A stretch of 64,000 bases of DNA from Thalia democratica (Eukaryota), in assembly GCA_965202585.1 (NCBI GenBank), contig OZ241830.1, forward strand, positions 60,698,001 through 60,762,000. The letters are read 5' to 3'. The first letter of the stretch is position 1; each line of letters starts with the position of its first letter. The notes below the pieces were generated by a model that worked only from the letters and a program-made list of their open reading frames with translations, did not search any database and was not told where the DNA came from. A program made the translations under genes and the position numbers. This document shows, piece after piece, positions 23,101 through 35,821 of the stretch.

Positions 23101-26100
23101 TAATTTTTAAATTTAGAGACACATACAATTTTTGGCGGTAGAAGTCCTAATAAGTTTTACAGGACGTGAAACTAAGACTAAAAAATCACAAAGCTTTTGT
23201 ATAGGAAGTATATTCGAGCTGTAAATATTATCTTTAATGTTAAAGCTAAATGTTGTTTAAAGAATAAATCTGGAATAACTCATATAAACCAGCGCGACAA
23301 GATGATAGTTAATGATAAAATACTAAGAGCAAATTTTAATTGAAAAATCAGTATGTTCTGAAAATAATAGGAGAATAAAACAAAATATATAAATGTATGT
23401 ATTAGACTGATTAAATAGAAGTAGTTAAAGAAAATTTTAGTTAACATCACAGTAATACGAACGGAACAATGTTATACCAACTAAAAAAACGAAATTGGAT
23501 CTAATTTTAGTCTTGTTGAGAATAAGTATATTCATTCACGAATACGACATAAATCATAGTTCAAAGCTCTATGCTAAACCAATATTTATTTAAATTGAAA
23601 TGATTGAATAACGTAAATTTTGACAAAAGTAGGACAAATTTACGAACCAGAGTTGCCATAATACCACTATCAATTGAACGCTGTACGCTTATTAAAATTT
23701 ATTTCATTCAAAACTAATATCTCTAGTGAATAAATTGTAAGGTAAGCAAGTATGTTGCAGACATTTAAAAACTAGATTTAAGGATTCAGTTGAATTTTAT
23801 ATTGGTAATAAACATACTTTTTTAGTAAAAATAGATGTAGAGTAATTAGTCTAAGTAGATAAGGTAGTTCCAAGCAGGATTATTTGTAGTTTTGAAGTGA
23901 AATTAAAGGAAAACAGTATTATATACGTAAACAACAGCTTCATTTAAATTAAGTACAAACGCATGCATATATTTCTAATAACCTAACGTTCAATTGCATC
24001 CAAAATCAAACCAACCAAGTAGTTCTACAGATCATTAATAATAAACAGAAATACATCTTGACACTTTAAAGCATATGTTATTAAAATTTAGAGAAAATTA
24101 CCACACTTAATGAGACTATATGATGACGAAATAATAGTGTGTAATAAGACTAAATATATTTCAACTAAAACACCTAAACTAAATGGGGAAAAAAAAGATA
24201 TTTCGTTACTTTAATAATGCATACAATTTTATGTGGACAAACTTAGACGTTTATTATGACAAATTTGAACTTTATTGAAAATTATTATGCAAAATTACTT
24301 AATTGCATTTACAAACATTATTAACTACAGAGAACCCGTGGAAAAGTTTTTAAATAAACCTTGGTTTTTACATTGTAAAGTTATTTTACAGTAACATCAA
24401 CAAAACAATGAAGTGTTAACTAAAAATATATCTAAACCACGAGTAAAACAAACTTTATAATATTAAACTCACTTTTAAACCAGAATTTATCAAAGTAGAA
24501 TTAGATCAAGAAAAAATAAATTTAGAATATAATAAGAATTAGACTTATAAACAAACTTTAGAACAAATTCATGAAAAACCAATAAAAAAAAAACTTTCAA
24601 GTAATTCTACAGTAATAACAATGAAATAATCACTAAAACATGATCTCCGTTTTTAGTTGGTAAGACTTTGATTGACCCGAAATAAATTAAAACTAAATAA
24701 TAAAAAACTAAATAAATCCACTTCACCGTTTTCTAACCTTTCTTTATATATAGATTTCAAAAAAAGAACTGTAAAAAAAAAATATTTTGAAACGTTTAAA
24801 TGAAGTAGACGAGCTTTAGAATATGTAAAACTAAGGAAGTTTTCAAACTAGTTGACAGAAAATAATACAATCTTATAGAGTTAAATGACACCAAAAGCAA
24901 CTAAACAAGTTGAAAAAAACAAAATACGACCTCAAAATTGAAATGTTTACATAATCGGCATAGTTTTATAACTTTGCCAGTATTTGGTTAAGAGTCATTA
25001 TGTTAGTGTAAAATACATAACGATTTAATTTAATACGGACCGTTTTTTGTTTAAAACATAAAAATGGAAATAAATATATAAAGCAAAGATTAATTAAGAA
25101 TAGAATTTAAAATTAAATATTAAGAATTGAAAATAACTATAATGTAAATTTATCTCAAGCGCGGTAAGGTATTGTTTAAAACTGAATGCATACTTAATGT
25201 TTACTTAAGAAATACTGATCTATCAAAGTGATTAGTATAAAAAAAACAAAGTTAATGTAGAAAAATAAGTTAATGAAAGGGTAAACTAGTGATAATTAGC
25301 TATTAATTGATTGTTTAATTAGACAATTAAAACAAAACTGATGATCTAAGTTGAAAGATTAAGATCTTAATTATTTATTATTAGTAATACAATAACTGAG
25401 AAACAAATATCACACATTTTTACGTATATAACATAAGGCGTACCTGTATTTTTATTATTTAGTTTACATAGGTAAAATGCCTTTGTTATTTGAGATTTGA
25501 AGAAAATTACAGTCGAGCAAGAAAATAATTATATTAAATAGATGCACTTTAAAACATACTAAGTAGGAAGGTTTAACTTTTTTTTAATTACATAACAGCA
25601 AGTTCGTGCTTAGATAAGACATTAGCAATCATTATGTATGATATACATAACCTTTTAGAGCAAAAATTTGGCTTAAATGGCACAACATAAACTACAGCTG
25701 AAAAAATAACTCTAAACAATAACTTTAAACTCATAAAGCCTGTAAGTGGGATGTATATTTGAACTGTAATTGTTACTTGAAAGAAACAGTTTAATCTTTT
25801 TAATTTATAGTTAAATAGTACATATATTGTTCGTGACATAATACTAGAAATAGTCATATAAACTAGCGCAACAAGATGATTACTAATAAAAAAACACTAA
25901 TAACTGACTGTAGTTCGAAGATTAGTTTTTAGTTTAATAGCTAAATCTTAACTGATGATACAGTTTTAAAGACAAAGATGAAAAATATATATTGTTCATA
26001 CATTTTTCAGTATTTTAGTTAGATTTTATTATTGCAAAGACGACGTTTGGCTGAAAATTATCATTTATAGCAATTAATTAATTTGATTAAGAAACGATTA

Positions 26101-27633
26101 CAGTATACTATTTAAAAGCAACTTTGTGCTTATATCAAACATTATGTATGGTATACAGAAACTTGTACACCAAAAAATGTCTCAACATAAATTACTGCTA
26201 ACAAAAGACCTCAAAGTTAGAGTTATTTGTTATAACGGTATTTTATTTATATTGAAAGTATAGAGCTGGTAATCGCTCATATAATGAGCCATAATGAGTT
26301 TAGTTAGCGTAAAGTAATGAGACATGTAACGTTTAAAGCTAATAGATAACCTAAATTTACACTTTAAACTAATAATCAATTGGTATCATAAAGATTTTAA
26401 ACTGGACGTACATTAGACTTTCAATTGTTGCATACTTGAAAGAGACACTTTAATCTTTGAAATTTATAGTTAAATACATGTTGCTTGAGACATAAAGTTA
26501 ATAACCATACAAACCAACACAACAAGATGATAATTAATAATAAAATACTAATAAATGACAGTAGTTTTAAGATTAGTTCATTTTTAAAATATTAAAAAAT
26601 TATAAAATCAAATTGATAAGTAATGCTGCACCAGATCAAAATAGTATAAAAAGAATAATTTTATGTACAACAAAATGTGAACTAATAAATAAGGAATTTA
26701 ATTATTTGATAATCTCCTACATACAATATTGTATGGATGCTACTTACACAAGTATATGATTGCAAAAGATGATAACTAATGATAAATTACTAAAATTTTA
26801 TTGCAGTCTGTATACACTTCTAATATAAATATATTTAATATTATAAAATCATTGTATTTAGTTGATTGTTTACTAAACACTGCTGTAATAAAAAAAAAGG
26901 TGAACTAATGGATTATTAGCAAGAAATTGAGTTTTTAATTTGATAATTAAGACTAAACTGATGGTCTTCGTTTTAAGATAGAAATAAATATTATATAGTT
27001 GTGCCTATAAAATTGAATAATTGAGGTTGACTATCGTATATATTTATACGTAATAGTTTAATTAAATCACAGACTATCTAATATTTATTATGGATAAACA
27101 ACTAGAGTAGTAAAGCTTTTTTTAACTATGCAAGTTACTCTACTTTGACCATTAAGTCTAAACGTTACTAAAAGGAAGAACTAAAAAATAACAGACCTTA
27201 AACAAAAATTAAGTTAAGTGGTATCTTAAGTTAAGTGGAAAAACTTAAATTAAGTAATAAGATAAGTAAGTAATGATTAAGATAAGATTATACTAAATGA
27301 TACTATTGTATTATGACGTAATTATAAATAAACAATTGATATAAAATCTTAACAAATTTAACCGAAAAACTATGGACAAAAACAGTATCTTGATAGAGGC
27401 CAACCTTTTTCATACAAGTTAAGACGTAATACTTATTAATGGAAACGTATATAAAAAAAAGCTTAGTTTCTATCTGAGTAAAATAAATATTCCACATACA
27501 ATTTTGTGGTACAAATGTGTTAAAATTATGACTTAAAAGTACTAGCACATTTACTAGTACATCCAAGTCATAACTAAAAAAGGTGCCGACCAGCAGAGTA
27601 ACCGGGCCTAAAGGACAAGAATTAAAAAAAACT

Positions 27634-27694
27634 AAGGGCAGGCCGGGGAGATGACAGGTGCGAAGCACCGTGTCATCGACCGGCCGTAGCCCTT
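27634..27694. other. GC-rich 61-nt imperfect hairpin capped by GGTGC-GAA-GCACC and followed by a T-run
   Basis: AAGGGC/GCCCTT, GGCCGG/CCGGCC, ATGACA/TGTCAT and GGTGC/GCACC pair in nested order. Confidence 0.8.
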
Positions 27695-28000
27695 CGATGT
27701 TTTTTTTTAATTCTTGTCCGCTACCTCAAACTTACTAATCAAACTCACCAATATAAAACCACTCAGTCAATAATTGAAAAACTATAACTGATATTACCGT
27801 CAGGCCTTTAATGGTTATACATCAATAAGTTAGATCACATAAGCACAAGGTTAGTAAAAGATAACAGATAAAGACCGTACAAATATACAAACGTACATTT
27901 GTTTGGCAGTTACGCTACTCACGGTCCATTTGACAGAAAAAGGTGGCCTTCAAGAAAAAAGGCCGTGGAGAAAAAGGGAAAAGGAAAAATGTAAAAAATT

Positions 28001-28023
28001 TTTCGCCGGCGGAGCCGGCGAAA
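28001..28023. other. Perfect hairpin TTTCGCCGGC-GGA-GCCGGCGAAA
   Basis: 10-bp perfect stem with a 3-nt loop, inside a GC-rich transposon-like fragment (27920-28256) that carries GTGCGTAC repeats. Confidence 0.85.
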
Positions 28024-28298
28024 CGCCTTAAAAAAAATATTTTAAATAATCTTCATCAAAAATTTCCGCCCCAATTTTCAGTTTCGAGGAATCCCCATTT
28101 TGAAAAAATGGGTGACGGGCCTTTTAAATTTAGTGCGTATCTTATGCGGGTGCGTACTCCATAAAGAAAACATTTAATTGCAACAGAAAATGTGTTATTA
28201 AAAAATTAGTTCGTACTTTATGCGGGTGCGTACTTCTTAGAATGCGTACCTTATAGAAGCATTTTGTTTAAATCACATTTAATGGTTATGGTTTAGAG

Positions 28299-31265
28299 CA
28301 GGGTTTCCCAAACTCATTTACTAAATCGCCCCCTTTTCAGTAACTTGAAAAAAAAATCGCCCCCCACGATTTTACAACGTAGTTTTTCTTTTGAGTACAA
28401 ACTTTTGAGCTAAAAAAAGTTGTGTTCAAAATGTAATTTCGTCTTGTACTTCTTATGCACGCACTTTTGTGTTCAAAGTAGTTTACAGGGCTTGAGAAAA
28501 TAATTTACAGTTATTTTCTTAGAAGCCCAGTAAAGTGTATTATTAAAATACTTGATTATTAAAAAGCCTTGAGTAATCTGTAATCAATCCTGTTTAAATA
28601 TGATCTGTTTTGAAACTATTGAAACTTTTAGGTCAGTGGTGGACAACTTTTGTAGTCAGCAATTCATATTTACTAAAAAAATATTTTCTATTTTCAACTT
28701 GTTAGAAAATGTAATTGCGGGCTGCATGATTTAGAAAAATTACAAATATCTATACAAGAGATTAAAAAACTATAAAATAATTAACAGTTTATTTTACACA
28801 TAATGAAATAAATATTAAAACATTATTTCTGATCTAGTTAAAGGAAGTTTGACCGACTGGTTGATTATCTCACATGAAAAGTGGTTTCATCAACAGCTTC
28901 AGTTAATGCAGTAAATTTACAAATTTCAATGCTAAGATATATTGTAAGCAAGTTAAGTAAAGTTAAAAATTTAATTTTTAAATTTTTAAACTGTTTGTTT
29001 CGTAGTAGAATACCATGAAATAGCATTTGACTTGAAATAATCTTTAGGGAACTAAACCTTAATTCTAACAATTTTTTTTCTTTATTTAAGTTTAAAAAAC
29101 AGTTAATTCTGTGAACAGAAAGTTATCAATTAAAAAAAACTTTTAACTAGGTTTAAATTTTGTTTTGTAACTTAGCAGTCTTTTTGATGGCTTATTTAAT
29201 TTTGTTTAAAAAGTTTTTTTTTCTAGCTTTTAGCCTACAATAATTTAACAGAGGAAAATAGTGAAAAACTAAAAGCTAGTGTTGAAGTATTAAAATAAAC
29301 TAAGTATATTCTAATTGCTAATATATATTGAATTCAGATAAAACAAAAAACAGTTGTATTAATAGTTTAAAACTCCTTATATTATAATAAACTTTTGAAT
29401 AATAATAAATCAAGTTAGAAAATAAAATTGTGTTTAAGAAATTTTAAAATGAAAAAGTAGAAGTCATTTCAAATAGAGACCTCAAATTTATACTCTTTTA
29501 AAACCAAAAAAATCTTTTTAGAAATAAAAACTTTAATGGTTGTCAAAATATAACAATCAGATAATAGTTTTATAGTGATATAAGTTGTATACAGATTAAA
29601 CTAGTAATAACAAAAACCTGTCAAATAAATTTTTTTTAAACAAATATTTTAATCACTATGCTATAAAAACTTTTAGTGTAATGTAAAACAACGAACATCA
29701 ACTACAAAATTAACCAGGTCAAAATAAAATTATTAAAATCTTTAAAACATAAACCATTTAATAAATATAGTAGACTTCCGCTTGATCTTGCACTTTGAAA
29801 AAAATCAAAAAGTGCTAACTCAAAAAATTATTACCATATTTTTTTTTACAAAATGACAAATTTCAATATGTTATATGCAATGATGTTATGAATAAACATG
29901 AAATCCACTAAAACATAAAACAAACTTTCATTAAAAAAAATAGATCTATATAAGCTATTAAATATTTTTTGTTTTATTAATATTTAGTTAGTAATAGACT
30001 TTACTTTAGATAAATTTAAGAAAATATAAATTTACACTTTTTTTTTGGGTAAAAAGTGCGAACTCAAGAGGAAGTCTACCGTAAATAATATTTATTAAGC
30101 ATTATGCAAACCTGTTGTAGAATAAATAGCTTGATAAAGTTGTTATTATAAAAAGACTACTTAAATACAATACAAACCAGATTAAATAAGAAATACTTCA
30201 AAAGATCAAAAAAAATTAAAAAACTTTCATAAAATAATGTCTGCTACTGAAGTCTAATATAATGTGAAGGATGAGGAATATGACTGCTTGCAAGTTTTTC
30301 TAATCTAATTCTTAATTAGTAAAGTAGACCCCTAAGTCACCTCCTTTATAAATATCTAGATTAGAAGTTTTGCTCAAGATGTTGATAACTGAACTGAAAG
30401 TTTTCTCAACAACAAAGCTAGAAGGAAAAGCTATAAACAACAATCTAAATTCCTCTAAAATGATTGGATACTTTTGCCTTAGTTTTTGTTGAGTCCAAAA
30501 GCTTTCATATCGTTCTTTGGAAGAATTTACTTTAAGTTCAAGGTCAGTTTGTAAGTCTGAGAAGATTTCCTGTAAGTGTTTACTTCAAAAGTATTTGCAT
30601 CGAAGGGATCCATACTTTTATCTATATGATAGATTTTTTGTGTCAAATCTAAATTATACTACTTAATATGTTAAAATTGTTAAAAATTCCAAATTTTTTC
30701 CAGGTTTTTTTTTTGCTTAAATTGTCAAATTCTAGGTTTTTCCAGGTTTCTAGGTAAATTGGCAACCCTGTATAGTTTTATTTCTTAGTCTAACTTAGTG
30801 ACTTTTCAAAAAGCAACTGGAAATATCATGAGGTGATAGTTAGTAATAAATAACATAGATTTTTACAAACCATTTATAACCCCAAATAACATATGTGTCA
30901 GGTTATAAAACAGTGAGAGGGATTCCAATCGTCTATGATATATGTAACTGTTAAATATGGAAATATATAAATGAAAATATAATATTTACTTGAAAGTAGG
31001 AGTCATAAGCACTAGATTTTTTTTTTTTTTTCATAAATAAAATAAACTTTTTTGTTTAAGTTTTAACTCAGGGTCAAATAATTAATAGCAAGCTAATAAT
31101 AGTAAAATAGCAAGAAAAAAAGTAAAAATCTTATGACAGCCCAAAATTTTAAAATCGCCCCCTTACTAGTTATCGCCCACCCTTTCGCCCCCTTACTAAT
31201 TATCGCCCCCCAAAATACTAAAATCGCCCCCAGGGGGGCGATATCGCCCACTTTGGGAAACCCTG
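28299..31265 (-). mobile_element. Internally deleted hAT (Buster/Charlie-like) element with 8-bp TSD GTTTAGAG
   Basis: TIRs CAGGGTTTCCCAAA / TTTGGGAAACCCTG; TSD at 28291-28298 and 31266-31273; ATCGCCCC subterminal repeats. A minus-strand remnant at ~30590-30260 reads ...YESFWTQQKLRQKYPIILEEFRLLFIAFPSSFVVEKTFSSV...GDL...LEKLASSHIPHPSH, like the hAT C-terminal dimerisation region, with stops. Confidence 0.9.
30610..30770. mobile_element. One-ended fragment of the CAGGGTTGCCA MITE family nested in the hAT element
   Basis: Ends in TGGCAACCCTG; the interior resembles 51190-51371. Confidence 0.65.
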
Positions 31266-31659
31266 GTTTAGAGCCTAAATCAAATGAATATAGTTTCAGG
31301 TATCACATCATCCTAGTTAATTACCTAATGTTTTACAAATACATAGAAAACAGTTCATCAATATCATAGATAAGTGTACTTTTTTATGACAAAATGTACC
31401 AAATAAAAATATGAGTCTAAATGTGTACATTGACAAATCTATTTATATGATTGAACTGTATTCTATGTATATTTAAACAACAGTCATTTAACTTGCTTAT
31501 GTAAATTGATTTTAATTAGTAACCTTTTCAAAACAGTATAAATCTTAAATTTTTCAATATTAAATAAATGCTTGAGATTAGACTAAACAGTTTAAATTAT
31601 TTTGATTTGAGTAATAACTGTACATATGTTTAACTTCAATTCTATACTGTTCCTACTAC

Positions 31660-32800
31660 AGGATATCATTTTACTTGTCACCATCTTACATAAGCTAAAA
31701 TTTCCCATGACAGTTAAGTTTGTCTCATTGTTAAGTAATTATCTAGCAATCTAATAAATACAAAGCTTTCTCATGCACAGTTGCTACCATTACTACTTAT
31801 TAACTGGTATACTTTAAATATTTACTAATAGACTTAAACTTTTAATGCTTATCATTGAACTAATCATTGAATACAGACAACTTATTGTGTGTTTCTTAAA
31901 GTGTGCATAGAAATTAAAGGTGCTTGATGTTTTGAATTTATAATCTTAATACATTGTTACAAGCTAAAACAGTTAAACCACACTACTTTGTGTCAATAAC
32001 ATATGTAGTTCTTTTCAAAGTTTGTCAAATACTTGCATCTTAAATACTCTGCGTTTAACATCATTTAATTAATATTTATACTGTTCCAAAATTTAGTCTG
32101 TACATTTGTCATATACATAAAAAACAGTACAGCAAGTTGTTGTCAAAAGCTTATTAGTGCAAACATATGAACAAAAGAATTTATTGATAGATAAAAGAAG
32201 AGAAAGAAGTTAGTGATAGAAGAATAGAAAAATTAAACAAAGGTAAGAATAAGCTAACAACTTTTAAATTTTGCTTGCTGTGAACTGCTTTGTAAATATA
32301 TGAATGTAAGCTTACAATTTTGGAACATTTTGTTTACTAGCAAACCTAATCCTCATATGGTTTAACTATTTTCTTTTGTAAATAATTTAATTAATAATAA
32401 CAATTTGTTTTATAACTACTCTTGCCTATTATGTTTCATGCACAACTTAAGAAGTACTTTTTATTGCAAATAATTAATCTATGAACACATAAACTACATT
32501 AATACAACCAGAATTTAAATTTTATGTTGTAAATAAACTTCTACACTTAGCTTGCTGTCTCTTTGGGCTTCATTCATGAATGCAACACTTCTTTATACAA
32601 GCTTGTAAAATTTAACACAAGTGTTGCTACTTTTTAATAATTTCATTTATTTCCTTATTTAAGTTTTCTTTTAAGGTAACCTAGTAATCTTAGGAGAATG
32701 AAGCCCAACACGACAAATATATGTTTATGGTATAAGCCAAGTTTTCAACTCTATGAATAGAAAGTGCTAGTCTGAATTTGGGCAAAACTTAATTACATCT
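31660..32800 (+). mobile_element. Possible highly decayed non-LTR retrotransposon reverse transcriptase fragment
   Basis: Only short motifs (ILL...HKLKF...KFVSLLSNYL at ~31666-31745; YGI-like at ~32724) amid many stops. Confidence 0.3.
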
Positions 32801-35800
32801 AAAGCTTAATGTTATTCAAGCATGAGCCTTTAAAAAATTTGATAGTAACAAAAGGACTCAACAATTAATAAGTAAAAAATATAAAATTTTAAGATTTATT
32901 ATAATATCCTATAATCTTTAACTTTGTAATACTCAACCAGTCTGGCTGGTAACCCTAGCAAAAAATACTAAGTTTTGCACAAATTAAAACTATCTAATTA
33001 ACTATTAGACAAACTAACCTCAACAGCTGCTGTAGTAGGTACTCATCATCCAAAAAAGTGTGATCTGAACTCTGCATAAAGGAAAAAGTAACAGTAACAA
33101 CTTATAAAGACAAAGGCTTTGAAACAAGCTCAGAAGTTTTAAAACTTTACTGAGGTTCAAAAGACTTTAAAAAAGATTTTTTTTGAGCTTTTTTCTACCC
33201 AGTTCACTTTACAATGATGTTTCAAAGATTAAAAAAACTGAGATGCAAGATTTCAAAGCCACTTGATGATTTTTTTTGACATCATGTAAAAGCATTTTTA
33301 ACATGTCATTGTAAATATAAATGTGCATTATATGATGAACTAGAAGATAAAGTAAAGAATTATTTCAAAGGTTTTGCATGAGAAAAACAATATAGATTAT
33401 CAACATAAACTTTCAAGACTGCTGATTCCCAAACTAGGTCTTAAACTTACACTCACTCAGTGAAGAAAAATAAGAATTTTAGAAGATAAAAGGAGCAACA
33501 ATTATCAAGTTTTATCTTCAACAGTATTGACAATCAAATAGAGTTCGCTCAAGTATTCTACAAAGCTCACATAAACAGTAGAAAAATTAAAAAAAAGTTA
33601 AAATTTACACCTACAGCATCCAGAGCTCTTACTACTACAAGTGCTTTTCTCAAAAGAATTTTCATTGAAAAAAAATTATTTTCTAAAATACTATTTTTGT
33701 ATGATGTCACAATAAAATGTAAGATTTTACAGAATTTATCAAAAACTACAAGTTGAAACACTATGTTAGCATAGCAGGGTGGTTTTTAGCTTTTTCGAAC
33801 ATAAAGTACTTTACATAACTTAATTTCTACCTTTTTTACTGCATTAGTGATAGTTGGTTGAACATATTGTTTAATATTTTAGCTACAGTAATTCATTATG
33901 CTTCTATAAATTACATTGACAACTTTATTTAAGTAAATGAATTAAGTATTTAACTCTAAATTTTACGAAATTGTTTTTTATTTGTTTTAAAGATGTTTAA
34001 CACCTAACAATTTGTATAAGATTTTTTATATTTAGCTTAAAGCCTTTAATTTCATCAGATTACATTTAACTTTTGCAAACTCATTTCAGTTATAATTTAG
34101 TTCGAATCGTTTTGCCATATTTGCCAAAACTACTGAGTTTTTGTAGTCATTGATATAACAACTTTTTGAAGCAGGTAGAAAACAAAAAGCCATATTGTTC
34201 ATAGTGAGTGAATGCTAAATAAAGACACAATTAACAAAATATTTTTGTATGACTGTGAAAAATAACTACTTATATTTGAGTGAAACATATTTTATATCAA
34301 ATAAAACCATCATTACATTATGATATTTCAAGTTCAGTTTTAAGCCACAAAAATGATAAGTTTAAATTTTTCTAAACTCTTTATTTGTTTTAATTAACTA
34401 AATAAGTATTGATATAATACTGCTGTAAAAACTTCTTATGTTGCTAGACTAAATTGTATCTTAGAACTTAGTCTAGTTTTGGAAAGTTATGAACATTAAC
34501 TACTTGTGAGCTGTATTTAAAATGTTTCATTTATATGAAACTTTAGTGCTTATAACTACTTAAATTAATCTTCAAAGTCTTTGAAGCATTCAAACCATAC
34601 AACTATTTATATGAATATCTTAAAGTACAAATTAATTTAAGTAAACAGAAAAATTTTATCAAGGTACCCAACACAAGTAAAAGCTTAGTATTAACAATAT
34701 TGTTAAACTTCTAACAGAAAATGTATTAAAATCAACTAAATCTCATCACCAAAAAACCTTATATGAACTGAGCAAGCCTATATGGTATTATGAAAAGGCT
34801 GATCTGAAGAAAACATCTAGTTTTGAAAATGGAATTCCTTCTAAAACCGAGTTGAGATATAGGAGTGAGGGACCCAAGATCATACAAGAAGTTTTGTAAG
34901 TGATTTTTATTAATTTATCTTATTTTATCACAAGTCCAAGTTTATTTTTGAAAAGGGCTGAAATCTTTCAGTTTAAAATTCTTTGAATAGATTATGATGC
35001 TAAGTTATTCACAAGCTTGTAGCCAATTAGAATGTGTACAAAAGTTTTAGTTGTATGAAGATTTATTCTGAATAAGAATATGTGGAAGTTAGTCCTCAAA
35101 AAAAAGTTTTAATTGTATTTTTAACTTGAGTTTTAAACAATGGTATCTTATTTTCCTAACAAAATTTTGAGGTTTAAAACTTTATTATAACCAATAATAT
35201 AATATTTCATAAAGCTTTATATCTATTTACTTAATTGCTTGAATGATTTGAAATGTTAAGTATTGATAACAAAAAGCTTAGAGTTGCTGTCAGACTATAG
35301 AAAAATAATTATTTCTTTTTTGCAATAAATATTTATAGAAAAAAAAATTGTTCTAAATAATATTTTAAACAACAAAAATTAAAACTTTATGTAAAGTTGT
35401 CAATGTGTCAATTTTTTGTTATTTAAACTTAGTAATTTACAAAAATTAATTATTTTTGTTGATTGTTTTTAAGTTGTGGACATCAAAAATAAGTAATAAA
35501 ATATTTTTGTTTAACACAAGTTTACATTGTTTGTTGTTTATATTAAGCTGTAGAACAATAAGTTTATTTTTGTATTAGTTGATGAATAAATTATATTAAT
35601 ATCTCTCGGTTTGCTACTTTACAAAGACTTAAAGGGTTTTAATTTTAGTTTTATAAACTTTGTGAACTTTATTCTTAGTAATAATTTATTTTTACCAGTA
35701 CTGACGGTAGTTTATTTCTGAAAGTAGTTCAGTATTAAATGATTATTTTTAATAAAAGTAGCATCAAAAACTGTAGTTTTGTTTTAAAATTCAAGCACTA

Positions 35801-35821
35801 TAAACTGATATTTTTAATTAG

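Noticed and set aside
27303-27668. 121-aa minus-strand ORF as an upstream partner of the CUB exon
   Set aside because: No CUB or signal-peptide features; its GC-rich part is the hairpin.
27634-27710. Bacterial rho-independent terminator, hammerhead or HDV ribozyme
   Set aside because: Eukaryotic context with no bacterial ORF upstream; the CTGATGA/GAAA core and the HDV pseudoknot are not evident.
33040-33560. Coding-like A-rich stretch, possibly a decayed transposase
   Set aside because: Many stops and frameshifts, no catalytic motif or termini recognised.
34681-34900. Exon-like open frame (…SHHQKTLYELSKPIWYYEKADLKK…) with AG and GTAAGT, upstream of IFT140 copy 2
   Set aside because: HHQ...W.Y.KAD resembles the post-endonuclease region of CR1/L2-type LINEs, and its strong donor is out of phase with the 35822 exon. 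Not called a gene, though it could serve as a 5' UTR exon.
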